DNA from: Candidatus Krumholzibacteriia bacterium
GTDB taxonomy: Bacteria > Krumholzibacteriota > Krumholzibacteriia > LZORAL124-64-63
Assembly (NCBI GenBank): GCA_046484865.1
Contig: JAWOID010000033.1
Coordinates: 1 to 40,770, forward strand
Direction: 5' to 3'
Length of the DNA stretch: 40,770 nt
Part shown: positions 23,649-32,098 of the stretch, one piece after another
Position numbering within the stretch: position 1 is the first letter of the stretch
How the letters are laid out: each line of letters begins with the position of its first letter
Notes under the pieces: generated by a model
The model's database searches: none
What the model was told of the DNA's origin: nothing
Seen by the model: the letters and a program-made list of their open reading frames with translations, nothing else
Program-made: the position numbers and the translations under genes

Positions 23649-25919
23649 ATGATCAATCGCGAGACCATCCGCCTGGCCGTGGCCCGGATCGCCACCGGCG
23701 ATCCCGAGGCCGCGTATGCTCTGGACGCCATGCTCGCCGACGGATCGCTGGCGCCGGGCCCCGCGGCGGAAATCGGCGATCCCGAACTGCTGCTGCTCGG
23801 AGACAGGCTGACGGTGCGCCGAAGTCTCGCCTTCGGGCGCGGTCCCGCCGCCGTCGCGGAGCGCCTTCTGCTGCGATACGGCGAGCTGGTGCGCCGCCAG
23901 GAATTGTTGCAGTCGAGATGCTATCCAGACCTGGCCGCGGCCGGCCGGGATGTCGTGGCGGCGGGGGTCGATCGACTGCTGGCATGGTACCAGCGACGGG
24001 ACGCCGTTCGCGGCGGACCAGCGACGGTGGACTGGACCGTGACCGAGTTGCCCTGGGACGAGGCGTCCGGCGGCCCCGTGCTGCAGGGTGTCGTGGACGT
24101 GGACACGCCGGCGCTCTTCGTGCCCTTCCCGGCCAGCCGGGCCGCGCTGGCCCAGGTGGCCCGGCGCAACCTCGAGTTCTTCGACGTGGGCACCGTCCTG
24201 GAACTGCTGCGCCAGGGCCGCGGCGGGCGCCTGTTCGCCGCCGTCGCGCAGGGGCGGCTCGCGGGCATCATCCTGCTGGGGCGGAAGCGCCGGTACGGCG
24301 GCGATGTGATGGAGGTGGCGGCGGTGGCCAGCGTGGCCGATCCGGGCGCCACGCCCTGGGGTTCGCCCCCGCGCGGTGTCGGAGCACTGCTGCTGGCGGG
24401 AGCGTGGCTGCTGTGGCGACGGTGGGAGCCGGGTCTCCGGGAGCTGACCCTCACGTCGGAACTGGCCGCCATCCGCTTCTACGAGGCCGCCGGCTTCCAG
24501 CGGCGGCGCGGCTACGATTACGTTCTCGCGGCGCCGCGCTCGCACCTGCTGCGCTGTGCCGTGGCGATGCTGAACCGGGCCGTCGCCGGCCCCGGCTGGA
24601 CTGACGTCGCGGACGAACTGGCGGGCCATGTGTGTCGGGAGACCCGTGCTCTGGCCCGCCGCGACCCCGCCGGCTGGGAGGCTGCCGCCCGGCGCGACGC
24701 AGTGGTCCTGTGGGAGGAGTGCTTCCGTTCCAGCCGGCTGCCGGGTGTGGCCGCGGCGGCCACGCGATCGCTGATCGAGCATGGGCAGGGACGTCCGCTG
24801 TGGGAGGCGCTGCTGGAGTCGGCCGCCGGTTACGGTCTGGCGAACCGCTGCGACGGCTCTGCCGTGGCGCCGGCTCGGGTCCTGGTGGCGGTGGACGACC
24901 GCTGTGCCGGCCACCTGGCGAGGCTGTTGCACCTGGAGAGCGGGCGTCGGCTGGCCGCGGTCCAGGAAGTCCTTGCCGGGCCGGACCTGGCGGGGCGCTG
25001 GCGGCAGGTACCGGCGCGCGCCGCCACCGCAGACGAGTTGCGCCTTGTGCACACGTCCGACCACGTGCACCGGATCGCCGCCACGGCAAGCCTTCCGCAC
25101 GCCGTCCTGGCCGGCGACACCGAGGTGACCGCCGGATCCTGGGATGCCGCGCGTCTGGCGGTGGGTGGGGTGCTGAACCTGCTCGACGCCGTGGTCGCGG
25201 GTCCTGAACGTCGGGGTTTCGCCTTCGTGCGGCCGCCCGGGCATCACGCGCGGGCGGACCGGCCGGCGGGATTCTGCCTCTTCAACAACGTGGCCGTGGG
25301 AGCCCGTTACCTGCAGGCGCGCCACGGACTGCAGAGGATCCTGATCGCCGACGTCGACGCCCATCACGGCGATGGCACCCAGGCGATCTTCCTCGAGGAC
25401 CCCTCGGTGCTCTACGCGTCGTTCCACCGCGCGCGGACCTATCCGGGTACCGGCGAGGCGGACGAAGTCGGCCTCGGCCGCGGCGCCGGCTTCACCGCGA
25501 ACGTGCCGTTGTCGGCGGGCGTGTCGGACGACGACTACGCACGCAGCGTCCACCACCTGCTCGTGCCGCTCGCGGACAGGTTCCGGCCCGAGCTGGTGCT
25601 CGTCTCCTGCGGGTTCGACCTGCACCTGCGTGATCCCGTGACCGACTGCCGGATGTCCGCCGTCGTCTACGCGCTGGTGGTCGAGATCCTGGCCGGGATC
25701 GCCGGCCGGTGGAGCGACGGGCGCCTGGCCCTCGTGCTCGAGGGCGGCTACGACCTGACGGCCGTGCGGGAGTGCACGCGGACCGTGCTGCGACAGCTCG
25801 GCGGCGCCGGTCTCGATCTGAGCGTCCGTCTCGCGCGCGTGCGCTCCGGCACCGCGGCCGACGTCCCGCAGCTGCGGCCCACGCTGGCGGCGTTGCGTCC
25901 CTACTGGGATCTCACGTGA
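23649..25919 (+). CDS. Fusion: unknown N-domain + GNAT-like acetyltransferase + helical linker + Zn-dependent HDAC/AcuC/APAH-family deacetylase
   Basis: GNAT motifs RGVGALLL and AIRFYEAAGF (~24160-24510); deacetylase (~24880-25919) with RPPGHHA, GFCLFNNVA, DVDAHHGDGTQ, YPGTG, GFD, LEGGY. Confidence 0.88.
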   Translation: MINRETIRLAVARIATGDPEAAYALDAMLADGSLAPGPAAEIGDPELLLLGDRLTVRRSLAFGRGPAAVAERLLLRYGELVRRQELLQSRCYPDLAAAGRDVVAAGVDRLLAWYQRRDAVRGGPATVDWTVTELPWDEASGGPVLQGVVDVDTPALFVPFPASRAALAQVARRNLEFFDVGTVLELLRQGRGGRLFAAVAQGRLAGIILLGRKRRYGGDVMEVAAVASVADPGATPWGSPPRGVGALLLAGAWLLWRRWEPGLRELTLTSELAAIRFYEAAGFQRRRGYDYVLAAPRSHLLRCAVAMLNRAVAGPGWTDVADELAGHVCRETRALARRDPAGWEAAARRDAVVLWEECFRSSRLPGVAAAATRSLIEHGQGRPLWEALLESAAGYGLANRCDGSAVAPARVLVAVDDRCAGHLARLLHLESGRRLAAVQEVLAGPDLAGRWRQVPARAATADELRLVHTSDHVHRIAATASLPHAVLAGDTEVTAGSWDAARLAVGGVLNLLDAVVAGPERRGFAFVRPPGHHARADRPAGFCLFNNVAVGARYLQARHGLQRILIADVDAHHGDGTQAIFLEDPSVLYASFHRARTYPGTGEADEVGLGRGAGFTANVPLSAGVSDDDYARSVHHLLVPLADRFRPELVLVSCGFDLHLRDPVTDCRMSAVVYALVVEILAGIAGRWSDGRLALVLEGGYDLTAVRECTRTVLRQLGGAGLDLSVRLARVRSGTAADVPQLRPTLAALRPYWDLT

Positions 25920-25966
25920 GACGCAGCCGGCCTGTCACCCGCCAGGAGCCGCACCCGTCCTCCCGG

Positions 25967-25985
25967 TGTCTCCCCCGCGTGGACG
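25967..25985. promoter_or_regulatory. Candidate enhancer site
   Basis: TGTC-N11-GACG, same spacing as 20271-20289, ~90 nt upstream of a sigma54 motif. Confidence 0.3.
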
Positions 25986-26076
25986 GTCGCACCGCGACCG
26001 GACGCCGATTCTCCGCGCCAGGAACGTAATGCACAGGCGTGCATAGGGTTCACGAAGAGGCAGCGAGGCCGCCGCA

Positions 26077-26092
26077 TGGTACGGCGCTTGTA
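26077..26092 (+). promoter_or_regulatory. Candidate sigma54 promoter for the kinase-receiver pair
   Basis: TGGTAC-GGCGC-TTGTA, 25 nt upstream of ATG 26117; same TTGT -12 variant as 20413. Confidence 0.55.
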
Positions 26093-26116
26093 CCGGACCG
26101 TGACGGAGGACCTGTC

Positions 26117-27919
26117 ATGGCGACACCGAACAGACCCGACCCGATCACGACCGCCGCGGACGGCGCCCGCCCGGCCCTGCCGCGGTACGGCTGGATGTAC
26201 CGGCGCCTGATCCTGTTGACGCTGACCTGCGCGGTGCTGCCGCTGGCGCTGGTGGGTGCGGCGCTGAGCGAGCGTCATGCGGGCGAGGTGCGCGAGCAGG
26301 TCGTCGATTCCATCCGGGGCGAGTTGGACCATCACCACCGGGTGATCCAGACCTTCCTCGACGATCGCATCGCGCGGTTACGGCTGGTCGCCGACACCAG
26401 CGACCTGGCCGAGATGTCGGACGCGGAAATGCTGGGGCGCGTCTTCGCCAGCCTCAACCACGATCGCCGGGCCATCGCCGACCTGGGCGTCATCGACGAG
26501 CAGGGCCGACACCTCGCCTACGTGGGGCCGCACGACCTTCTCGCCTGCAACTACGCCGGGGAGGAGTGGTTCGTCGAGGTGGTGCGCGACGGCGTATACG
26601 TCTCGGACATGTTCCTGGGATTCCGGCAGGAGCCCCATTTCATCATCGCCGTGGCGCGCGAGGAGGGGGAGCGGCTCTGGATCCTGCGCGCGACGGTGGA
26701 CACCGGGCACTTCCGCTCACTGGTCGACGGCGTCTGGTTCGGGTCCACCGGCGAGGTGTGCCTGGTGAACCGGGTAGGCGTCCTGCAATCGGCGCCACGA
26801 TCGGGCGGTCGCATCATGGAGCCGGCGCCGTGGCCGGTGCCGGCGGCACCGGGACCGGAGGTGATCTTCGTCGACGGGACTCGGAGCGGATCCCCGGCGG
26901 CCGACGGCGGGCGGGACGTGGTGGCGGGCTACGTCTGGCTGGAGCGGCCTCGCTGGGCGCTCGTCGTGCGCCAGCGCGCGGACGAGGCGCTGGCCGAGGT
27001 CACCCGCGCCCGCCGCAACACCCTGGTGCTCGTGGGTCTGGCAACGGTGCTCGCGCTCGCGGGCGGGCTGGCGCTCACCGACCGCCTGGTCCGGCTCATC
27101 CGCCGCCGCGACCGGGTGGCCAGCGACCTCGACCGGCAGCTCGTCCAGGCCGGCCGGCTGGCGTCGCTCGGCGAACTGGCGGCAGGAGTCGCCCACGAGA
27201 TCAACAACCCGCTGGGGATCATCCTCACCGAGCGCGAACTGCTGGCAGACGCGCTGGCGGGCGCGGAGCCGGTGGACCCGCGGCTCCGCCGCCAGCTCGA
27301 GTCGAGTCTCGCCCAGGTGCGCATCCAGGTGGACCGCTGCCGCCGCATCACGCACGACCTCCTGCGCTGCGCCCGCCGCGCAGCCTCTGCGGCGGAGACC
27401 GTTGATCTCAACCGTTTCGCCGGCGAGATCGTCGAGCTCTTCGCACCCGAGGCGACCAGCGTTGGTGCGGAACTGCGCTGCGACCTGGAGCCCGGCATAC
27501 CGCCGCTGTCGGCCGATCCGGCGCTGCTGCAGCAGCTGGTGCTCAACCTCGTGAACAACGCCCTGGACGCGGTGGCGGGCCATCCGGAGCGGACGGTGAC
27601 GATCCGGACGCGCCACGACCCCACGGCCGGCGAGGTGCTGCTCGCGGTCGAGGACACCGGTGCCGGAATTCCCGAGCAGCTCAGGCAGCGGATCTTCGAC
27701 CCGTTCTTCACCACGAAACCGGTGGGGCAAGGGACGGGCCTCGGGCTGTCCATCTGCGATCGGATCGTGCGCGATCTGGGCGGCGGAATCGCCGTTCGGG
27801 AGCGCCCCGGAGGTGGTGCCCGCTTCGAACTGCGCTTCCCGTCGAGTCCGGCCGCCGATCCGGTCCTCGCCGGAGGGGCCGACCAGACGGGCCGGCCGGC
27901 TGGCGGACTGCACCGATGA
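26117..27919 (+). CDS. Cache-domain membrane sensor histidine kinase (intact H-box)
   Basis: GGAGG-ATG; TM-Cache (YVGPHDLL, SDMFLGFRQEPHFIIAV)-TM; LAAGVAHEINNPL, NLVNNA, DTGAGI, FFTTK, GTGLGL. Confidence 0.93.
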   Translation: MATPNRPDPITTAADGARPALPRYGWMYRRLILLTLTCAVLPLALVGAALSERHAGEVREQVVDSIRGELDHHHRVIQTFLDDRIARLRLVADTSDLAEMSDAEMLGRVFASLNHDRRAIADLGVIDEQGRHLAYVGPHDLLACNYAGEEWFVEVVRDGVYVSDMFLGFRQEPHFIIAVAREEGERLWILRATVDTGHFRSLVDGVWFGSTGEVCLVNRVGVLQSAPRSGGRIMEPAPWPVPAAPGPEVIFVDGTRSGSPAADGGRDVVAGYVWLERPRWALVVRQRADEALAEVTRARRNTLVLVGLATVLALAGGLALTDRLVRLIRRRDRVASDLDRQLVQAGRLASLGELAAGVAHEINNPLGIILTERELLADALAGAEPVDPRLRRQLESSLAQVRIQVDRCRRITHDLLRCARRAASAAETVDLNRFAGEIVELFAPEATSVGAELRCDLEPGIPPLSADPALLQQLVLNLVNNALDAVAGHPERTVTIRTRHDPTAGEVLLAVEDTGAGIPEQLRQRIFDPFFTTKPVGQGTGLGLSICDRIVRDLGGGIAVRERPGGGARFELRFPSSPAADPVLAGGADQTGRPAGGLHR

Positions 27920-27981
27920 TGCTGCCGCGGGAACCGGCAGCGGTGAACCGGGAGGGACCCCGACCCAGGAGGAGTCGAGAC

Positions 27982-28452
27982 ATGAACGTCGCGCGGATCC
28001 TGCTCGTGGACGACGAGGAGGTCTTCGTCCAGAACATGCAGCGGTTACTGACGAACCGGGGCTACACGGTCACCACCGCGTCCAGCGGCGAGGATGCCCT
28101 GGACCGGCTCTCCGAACGGGCCTACGACGTGGTCGTGCTGGACCTGCGCATGCCCGGTCAGGGCGGCCTGAGCACCCTGAAAGCGATCAAGCGCCGCTTT
28201 CCGCTGGTCGAGGTGCTGATCCTCACCGGCCACGGTGCGATCGACTCGGCGTTGGAGGCCATGCGCGCCGGAGCCTACGACTACATCACCAAGCCTTGCG
28301 AGGTGGACGACCTGACCCGCAAGCTGGAGAACGCGCGGGAACACAAGGACGGCGCCGAGCGATCGGAGATGGAGGACAGGATCCAGAAACTGATCGAATC
28401 GCCGCTGTCGGTGCTGGACCTCGTGCGGGAGGCGAAGCAGCGACGCAAGTGA
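27982..28452 (+). CDS. Single-domain response regulator with C-terminal helical tail
   Basis: AGGAGG RBS; LLVDDE, VLDLRMPG, LTGHG, YITKP; no output domain. Confidence 0.92.
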   Translation: MNVARILLVDDEEVFVQNMQRLLTNRGYTVTTASSGEDALDRLSERAYDVVVLDLRMPGQGGLSTLKAIKRRFPLVEVLILTGHGAIDSALEAMRAGAYDYITKPCEVDDLTRKLENAREHKDGAERSEMEDRIQKLIESPLSVLDLVREAKQRRK

Positions 28453-28549
28453 GGTGAGAATCAGGTTTTCCCGGAGTCGGTGAGCGGCCACCGTCGGTGT
28501 ATACTCGTTCCGCGACCACCGGACGAAGGACACCCCTGCGGGGCAACCG

Positions 28550-31090
28550 ATGGCCTGGGCGAAACCCACATTGACGGCCTGGCTGGCGGTACCAGGCTTC
28601 CTCGTGGTCATGGCGGTCCTCCACCGCCTCGATGCGCAGGTGACCGTCGAACCGGCGTACCTGCTGCCCATCCTGAATTTCGTCTTCGGCACCGCCGTCT
28701 CGCTCTTCGTCGCGTTCCTCGCCGCCCGCAGCTACACCGCCGGCGGTTGCGTGCCGGTCCTGCTGCTGGGGACGGGCATGCTGATCTACGGCTCGGTGTC
28801 GCTGGCGGCGGCACTCGCCGTCGGCGCAGGCTGGGTGAACGCCGGGGTGACGATCCACAACGTGGGTGTCCTGCTGGCGGGCGGCTGCCATCTGCTGGGG
28901 GCGCTGGTGGTCCTGGGGCCGATCGGACGGCTGCCCGTCCGGGCCACGGGACCGTCCCTGGCGCTGGCCTACGGCGGTGCGGGCAGCCTGGCGGGACTCC
29001 TGATCTTCGTGGCGCTCGAGGATCTGGGGCCGGTCTTCTTCGTGCAGGGGCAGGGTCCGTCGGCGCTCCGCCAGATGGTGCTCGGCGGGGGCGTCATCCT
29101 GTACGCGCTGGCCTCGGTGCTGGTGAGCACGGTCCACCGCCGGTCGGGCTCGTCGATGCCGGCGTGGTACTCGGCGTCGCTCGCGCTGACCGCCACCGGT
29201 CTGTTCGGTGTCCTCGTCGTCACCCAGGTGGGCAGCCCCCTGGCCTGGGCCGGGCGTGCCGCGCAGTACCTGGGCGGCGTCTACATGCTGGTGGCTGCCG
29301 TCATCGCCACCCGCGAGTCGGGGGCGTGGGGGACGGCGCTGCAGGTGGCGCTGCGCGAGAGCGAGGACCGCTACCGCCTGCTCGCGGATGCCACCAGCGA
29401 GGGGATCGCCGTCTGCGACGAAGCCGTGGTGGTGGACGCCAACGAGCAGCTCGGACGGCTGCTCGGACGTCCTCCCGGCGAACTCGTGGGCCAGCCGCTG
29501 AGCAGGTTGCTCGCCGACGCGGATCGCGGGGGCGAGTTGGCGGCGGTGCTGGACGGGCGCGAGGAGGTCCACGAGCACGAGCTGGAAGACGCCGCCGGCG
29601 AGGCGCTGACCGTCGAGATACGCGGCCGCACGCTTCGCGAGGGCAGCCGCACGCTGCAGGTTCTCGCCCTCCGGGACATCACCAGCCACCGGCGTCTGGC
29701 GCGGGAACTGCGCGACAGCGAACAGCGCCTGCGCACCAGCCGTGAAGAACTGGAGGAGCGCGTCCGCGAACGCACGGCCGAACTGGCGCGGCGCGCGGAG
29801 CAGCTGGCGCGGCTCACCTCCGAGTTGACGCTGGCGGAGCAGCGGGAGCGGCGCCGACTCTCGCAGGTGCTCCATGACCACCTCCAGCAGCTGCTGGTGG
29901 CCTCGCGGTTCGGGCTCGAGGCGCTGGTGCGCCGTCTGGACCACGACCTGCGTCCGGGTGCCGAGCTCCTGCAGGGTCTCCTGGACGAATCCATCGAGGC
30001 CTCGCGGAACCTGAGCGTCGAGCTCTCCCCGCCGGTGCTGCAGGAGGCCGGTCTGGGCGCCGGGCTGGAGTGGCTGGCGCGATGGTTGCGGGAGAAGCAG
30101 GGGTTCACGGTCGATCTCCATCTCGATCCCCGGATGTCGGCAGAGCGCGAGGATGTGCGGACCCTGGTCTTCCAGGCGGTCCGCGAGGCGCTGCTGAACG
30201 TGGTGAAGCACGCCGGCGTTACCGCAGCCCGGGTCGAGACGACCCTGCTGGATGGCGGGCGTCTCCAGGTGGTGGTGAGCGACGACGGGATCGGCTTCGA
30301 CCCGGCCGCCGTGTGGAACCCGGAAGGACCGGTCGCCAGTGGACTCGGGCTCCTGAGCATCCGGGAGCGCGTGGGGTGGCTGGGGGGCTCCCTCGACATC
30401 GACAGCGCGCCGGGCAACGGTGCGCGCGTGACGCTGGTGGTGCCGCGCTCCGCAGCCGCGGAAACGAAGGCGGTCGGGTCGAGGGGAGTGGAGCGGAGGG
30501 GCGAACGGGACGCCGTCACCCAGGCGGTCGAGGCGCAGGTGTTCGCGATGCCGGCGGCCGCACCGTCGTCGACCGGGGCGCAGCCGTCCGGGAGACCGGC
30601 GGGTGACGTCGAGGAGGTCGCACAAACTGTGGCGGCCATGTCCGCCGGCGCGCCTCCGGCGGCGCGGTCCGGCATCCGCGTCCTGCTGGTGGACGATCAT
30701 GCCATGCTGCGCGAGGGGCTCCTCTCGCTGTTCGCCGAGGAGCCGGACATCGAGGTGGTCGGCCAGGCCGCAGATGGCGAAGAGGCCGTGACCAAGGCCC
30801 GCGCCCTCGTTCCCGACGTCGTGCTCATGGATTACGGCCTGCCCGGGATCGACGGCGGGGAGGCCACCCGCCGCATCCTGGCCGACGTGTCCGGCACGCG
30901 GGTGATCGGGCTGTCGATGTTCCACCGGAGCGAGCGGGGTGATGCCATGCTCGCCGCCGGGGCGGCGGAGTTCCTGTCGAAGAGCGAGCCCGCCGCTCGC
31001 CTGCTGGCCACCATCCGCGCCGTCGCCGCGTCCTGCCCCGGCGACCTCGTCTCTGCCTCGAGCCGCGAACCGGCGCAAACGGGCGATTGA
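28550..31090 (+). CDS. Hybrid kinase: ~8-TM integral membrane sensor (MASE-like) + PAS + HisKA_3 + HATPase + receiver
   Basis: Hydrophobic first ~265 aa; YRLLADATSEGI PAS; ERRRLSQVLHDHLQQ; NVVKHAG, DDGIGF, GLGL; VDDHAMLREG..MDYGLP..FLSK. Confidence 0.9.
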   Translation: MAWAKPTLTAWLAVPGFLVVMAVLHRLDAQVTVEPAYLLPILNFVFGTAVSLFVAFLAARSYTAGGCVPVLLLGTGMLIYGSVSLAAALAVGAGWVNAGVTIHNVGVLLAGGCHLLGALVVLGPIGRLPVRATGPSLALAYGGAGSLAGLLIFVALEDLGPVFFVQGQGPSALRQMVLGGGVILYALASVLVSTVHRRSGSSMPAWYSASLALTATGLFGVLVVTQVGSPLAWAGRAAQYLGGVYMLVAAVIATRESGAWGTALQVALRESEDRYRLLADATSEGIAVCDEAVVVDANEQLGRLLGRPPGELVGQPLSRLLADADRGGELAAVLDGREEVHEHELEDAAGEALTVEIRGRTLREGSRTLQVLALRDITSHRRLARELRDSEQRLRTSREELEERVRERTAELARRAEQLARLTSELTLAEQRERRRLSQVLHDHLQQLLVASRFGLEALVRRLDHDLRPGAELLQGLLDESIEASRNLSVELSPPVLQEAGLGAGLEWLARWLREKQGFTVDLHLDPRMSAEREDVRTLVFQAVREALLNVVKHAGVTAARVETTLLDGGRLQVVVSDDGIGFDPAAVWNPEGPVASGLGLLSIRERVGWLGGSLDIDSAPGNGARVTLVVPRSAAAETKAVGSRGVERRGERDAVTQAVEAQVFAMPAAAPSSTGAQPSGRPAGDVEEVAQTVAAMSAGAPPAARSGIRVLLVDDHAMLREGLLSLFAEEPDIEVVGQAADGEEAVTKARALVPDVVLMDYGLPGIDGGEATRRILADVSGTRVIGLSMFHRSERGDAMLAAGAAEFLSKSEPAARLLATIRAVAASCPGDLVSASSREPAQTGD

Positions 31091-31216
31091 TCGGGCGATC
31101 CGGGCTGCGTCCGGGTGCCGGCGATCAGCGATGGACGCCGGACGATCGACTGCCGTAGTGTCGGGCGGGGATCGGTACCGGAGCACACGAGCGACGAGAC
31201 GACGACAGAAGACGAG

Positions 31217-32098
31217 ATGGACCTGAACCCGCGGCGGCTGATCAGACGGCTCGTCCGGGCGCCGGCGTGGCTATGGCACCGCGCGCTCGGCATGACCGGC
31301 GGTTCGCCCTGTCCGGCGTGCGGGCGGCCGTCGCGGTTGCGGCGGCGGCGGGTCCTCTGGCCCGAGCTGATCGAGACCTGGGAACTGGACGAGCGCTGGG
31401 CGACGTGGTTCGACGAACGGGAAGGCCGCCACTGTCCGCTGTGCGGCGCCTCCCTGCGCGCGCGGCAGCTCGCCAGCGGGTTGCTCCGGGTGGGAGACGA
31501 TCTCTGCGGCGTCCAGGCGACGAGCCTGGCCGCGCTCTGCGCCCACCCGCGCTGCGCCGATTTGCGGGTGGCGGAGATCAACGGCGCGGGGCGCCTGCAT
31601 CCCTTCCTGGCCCGCCTGCCGCGCCTGGCGTATTCCGAGTTCGGCAGCCAGGATCCGGACGTGCCCGCCGAGGATCTCCTGAACCTCTCCTACGCCGACG
31701 AAACCTTCGACCTGGTGATCACGTCCGAGACCCTCGAGCACGTGCCGAGCGTGGACGGAGCCCTGAGGGAGATACGCCGCATCCTGCGCCCCGGCGGCTG
31801 GCACGTCTTCACCGTCCCGGTGGTCTGGGACAGGCCACGAACGCGCCAGCGCACGCACCTGGTCGACGGCGCCTGGCGCCACGCACTGGCCCCCAGCTAC
31901 CACGGACGGCCCGAGCAGCGCCCGGACGACCTGCTGGTCGTCTACGAGTTCGGCGCGGACTTCGTGCGCCGCTGCCAGGAGGCGGGTTTCGCGGTGGAGG
32001 TCCTGCGGGATCCGGAGAATCTTGCGCTCTCCACCTTCCTGACGCGGCGATCATCGCCAGCCGGTCGAGATGACCGTGGAGCCGTCCGCCATGAATGA
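31217..32098 (+). CDS. Class I SAM-dependent methyltransferase with two N-terminal CxxC motifs
   Basis: CPAC...CPLC; EDLLNLSYADETFDLVITSETLEHV, RILRPGG; motif I degenerate (AEINGAG). Confidence 0.8.
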   Translation: MDLNPRRLIRRLVRAPAWLWHRALGMTGGSPCPACGRPSRLRRRRVLWPELIETWELDERWATWFDEREGRHCPLCGASLRARQLASGLLRVGDDLCGVQATSLAALCAHPRCADLRVAEINGAGRLHPFLARLPRLAYSEFGSQDPDVPAEDLLNLSYADETFDLVITSETLEHVPSVDGALREIRRILRPGGWHVFTVPVVWDRPRTRQRTHLVDGAWRHALAPSYHGRPEQRPDDLLVVYEFGADFVRRCQEAGFAVEVLRDPENLALSTFLTRRSSPAGRDDRGAVRHE

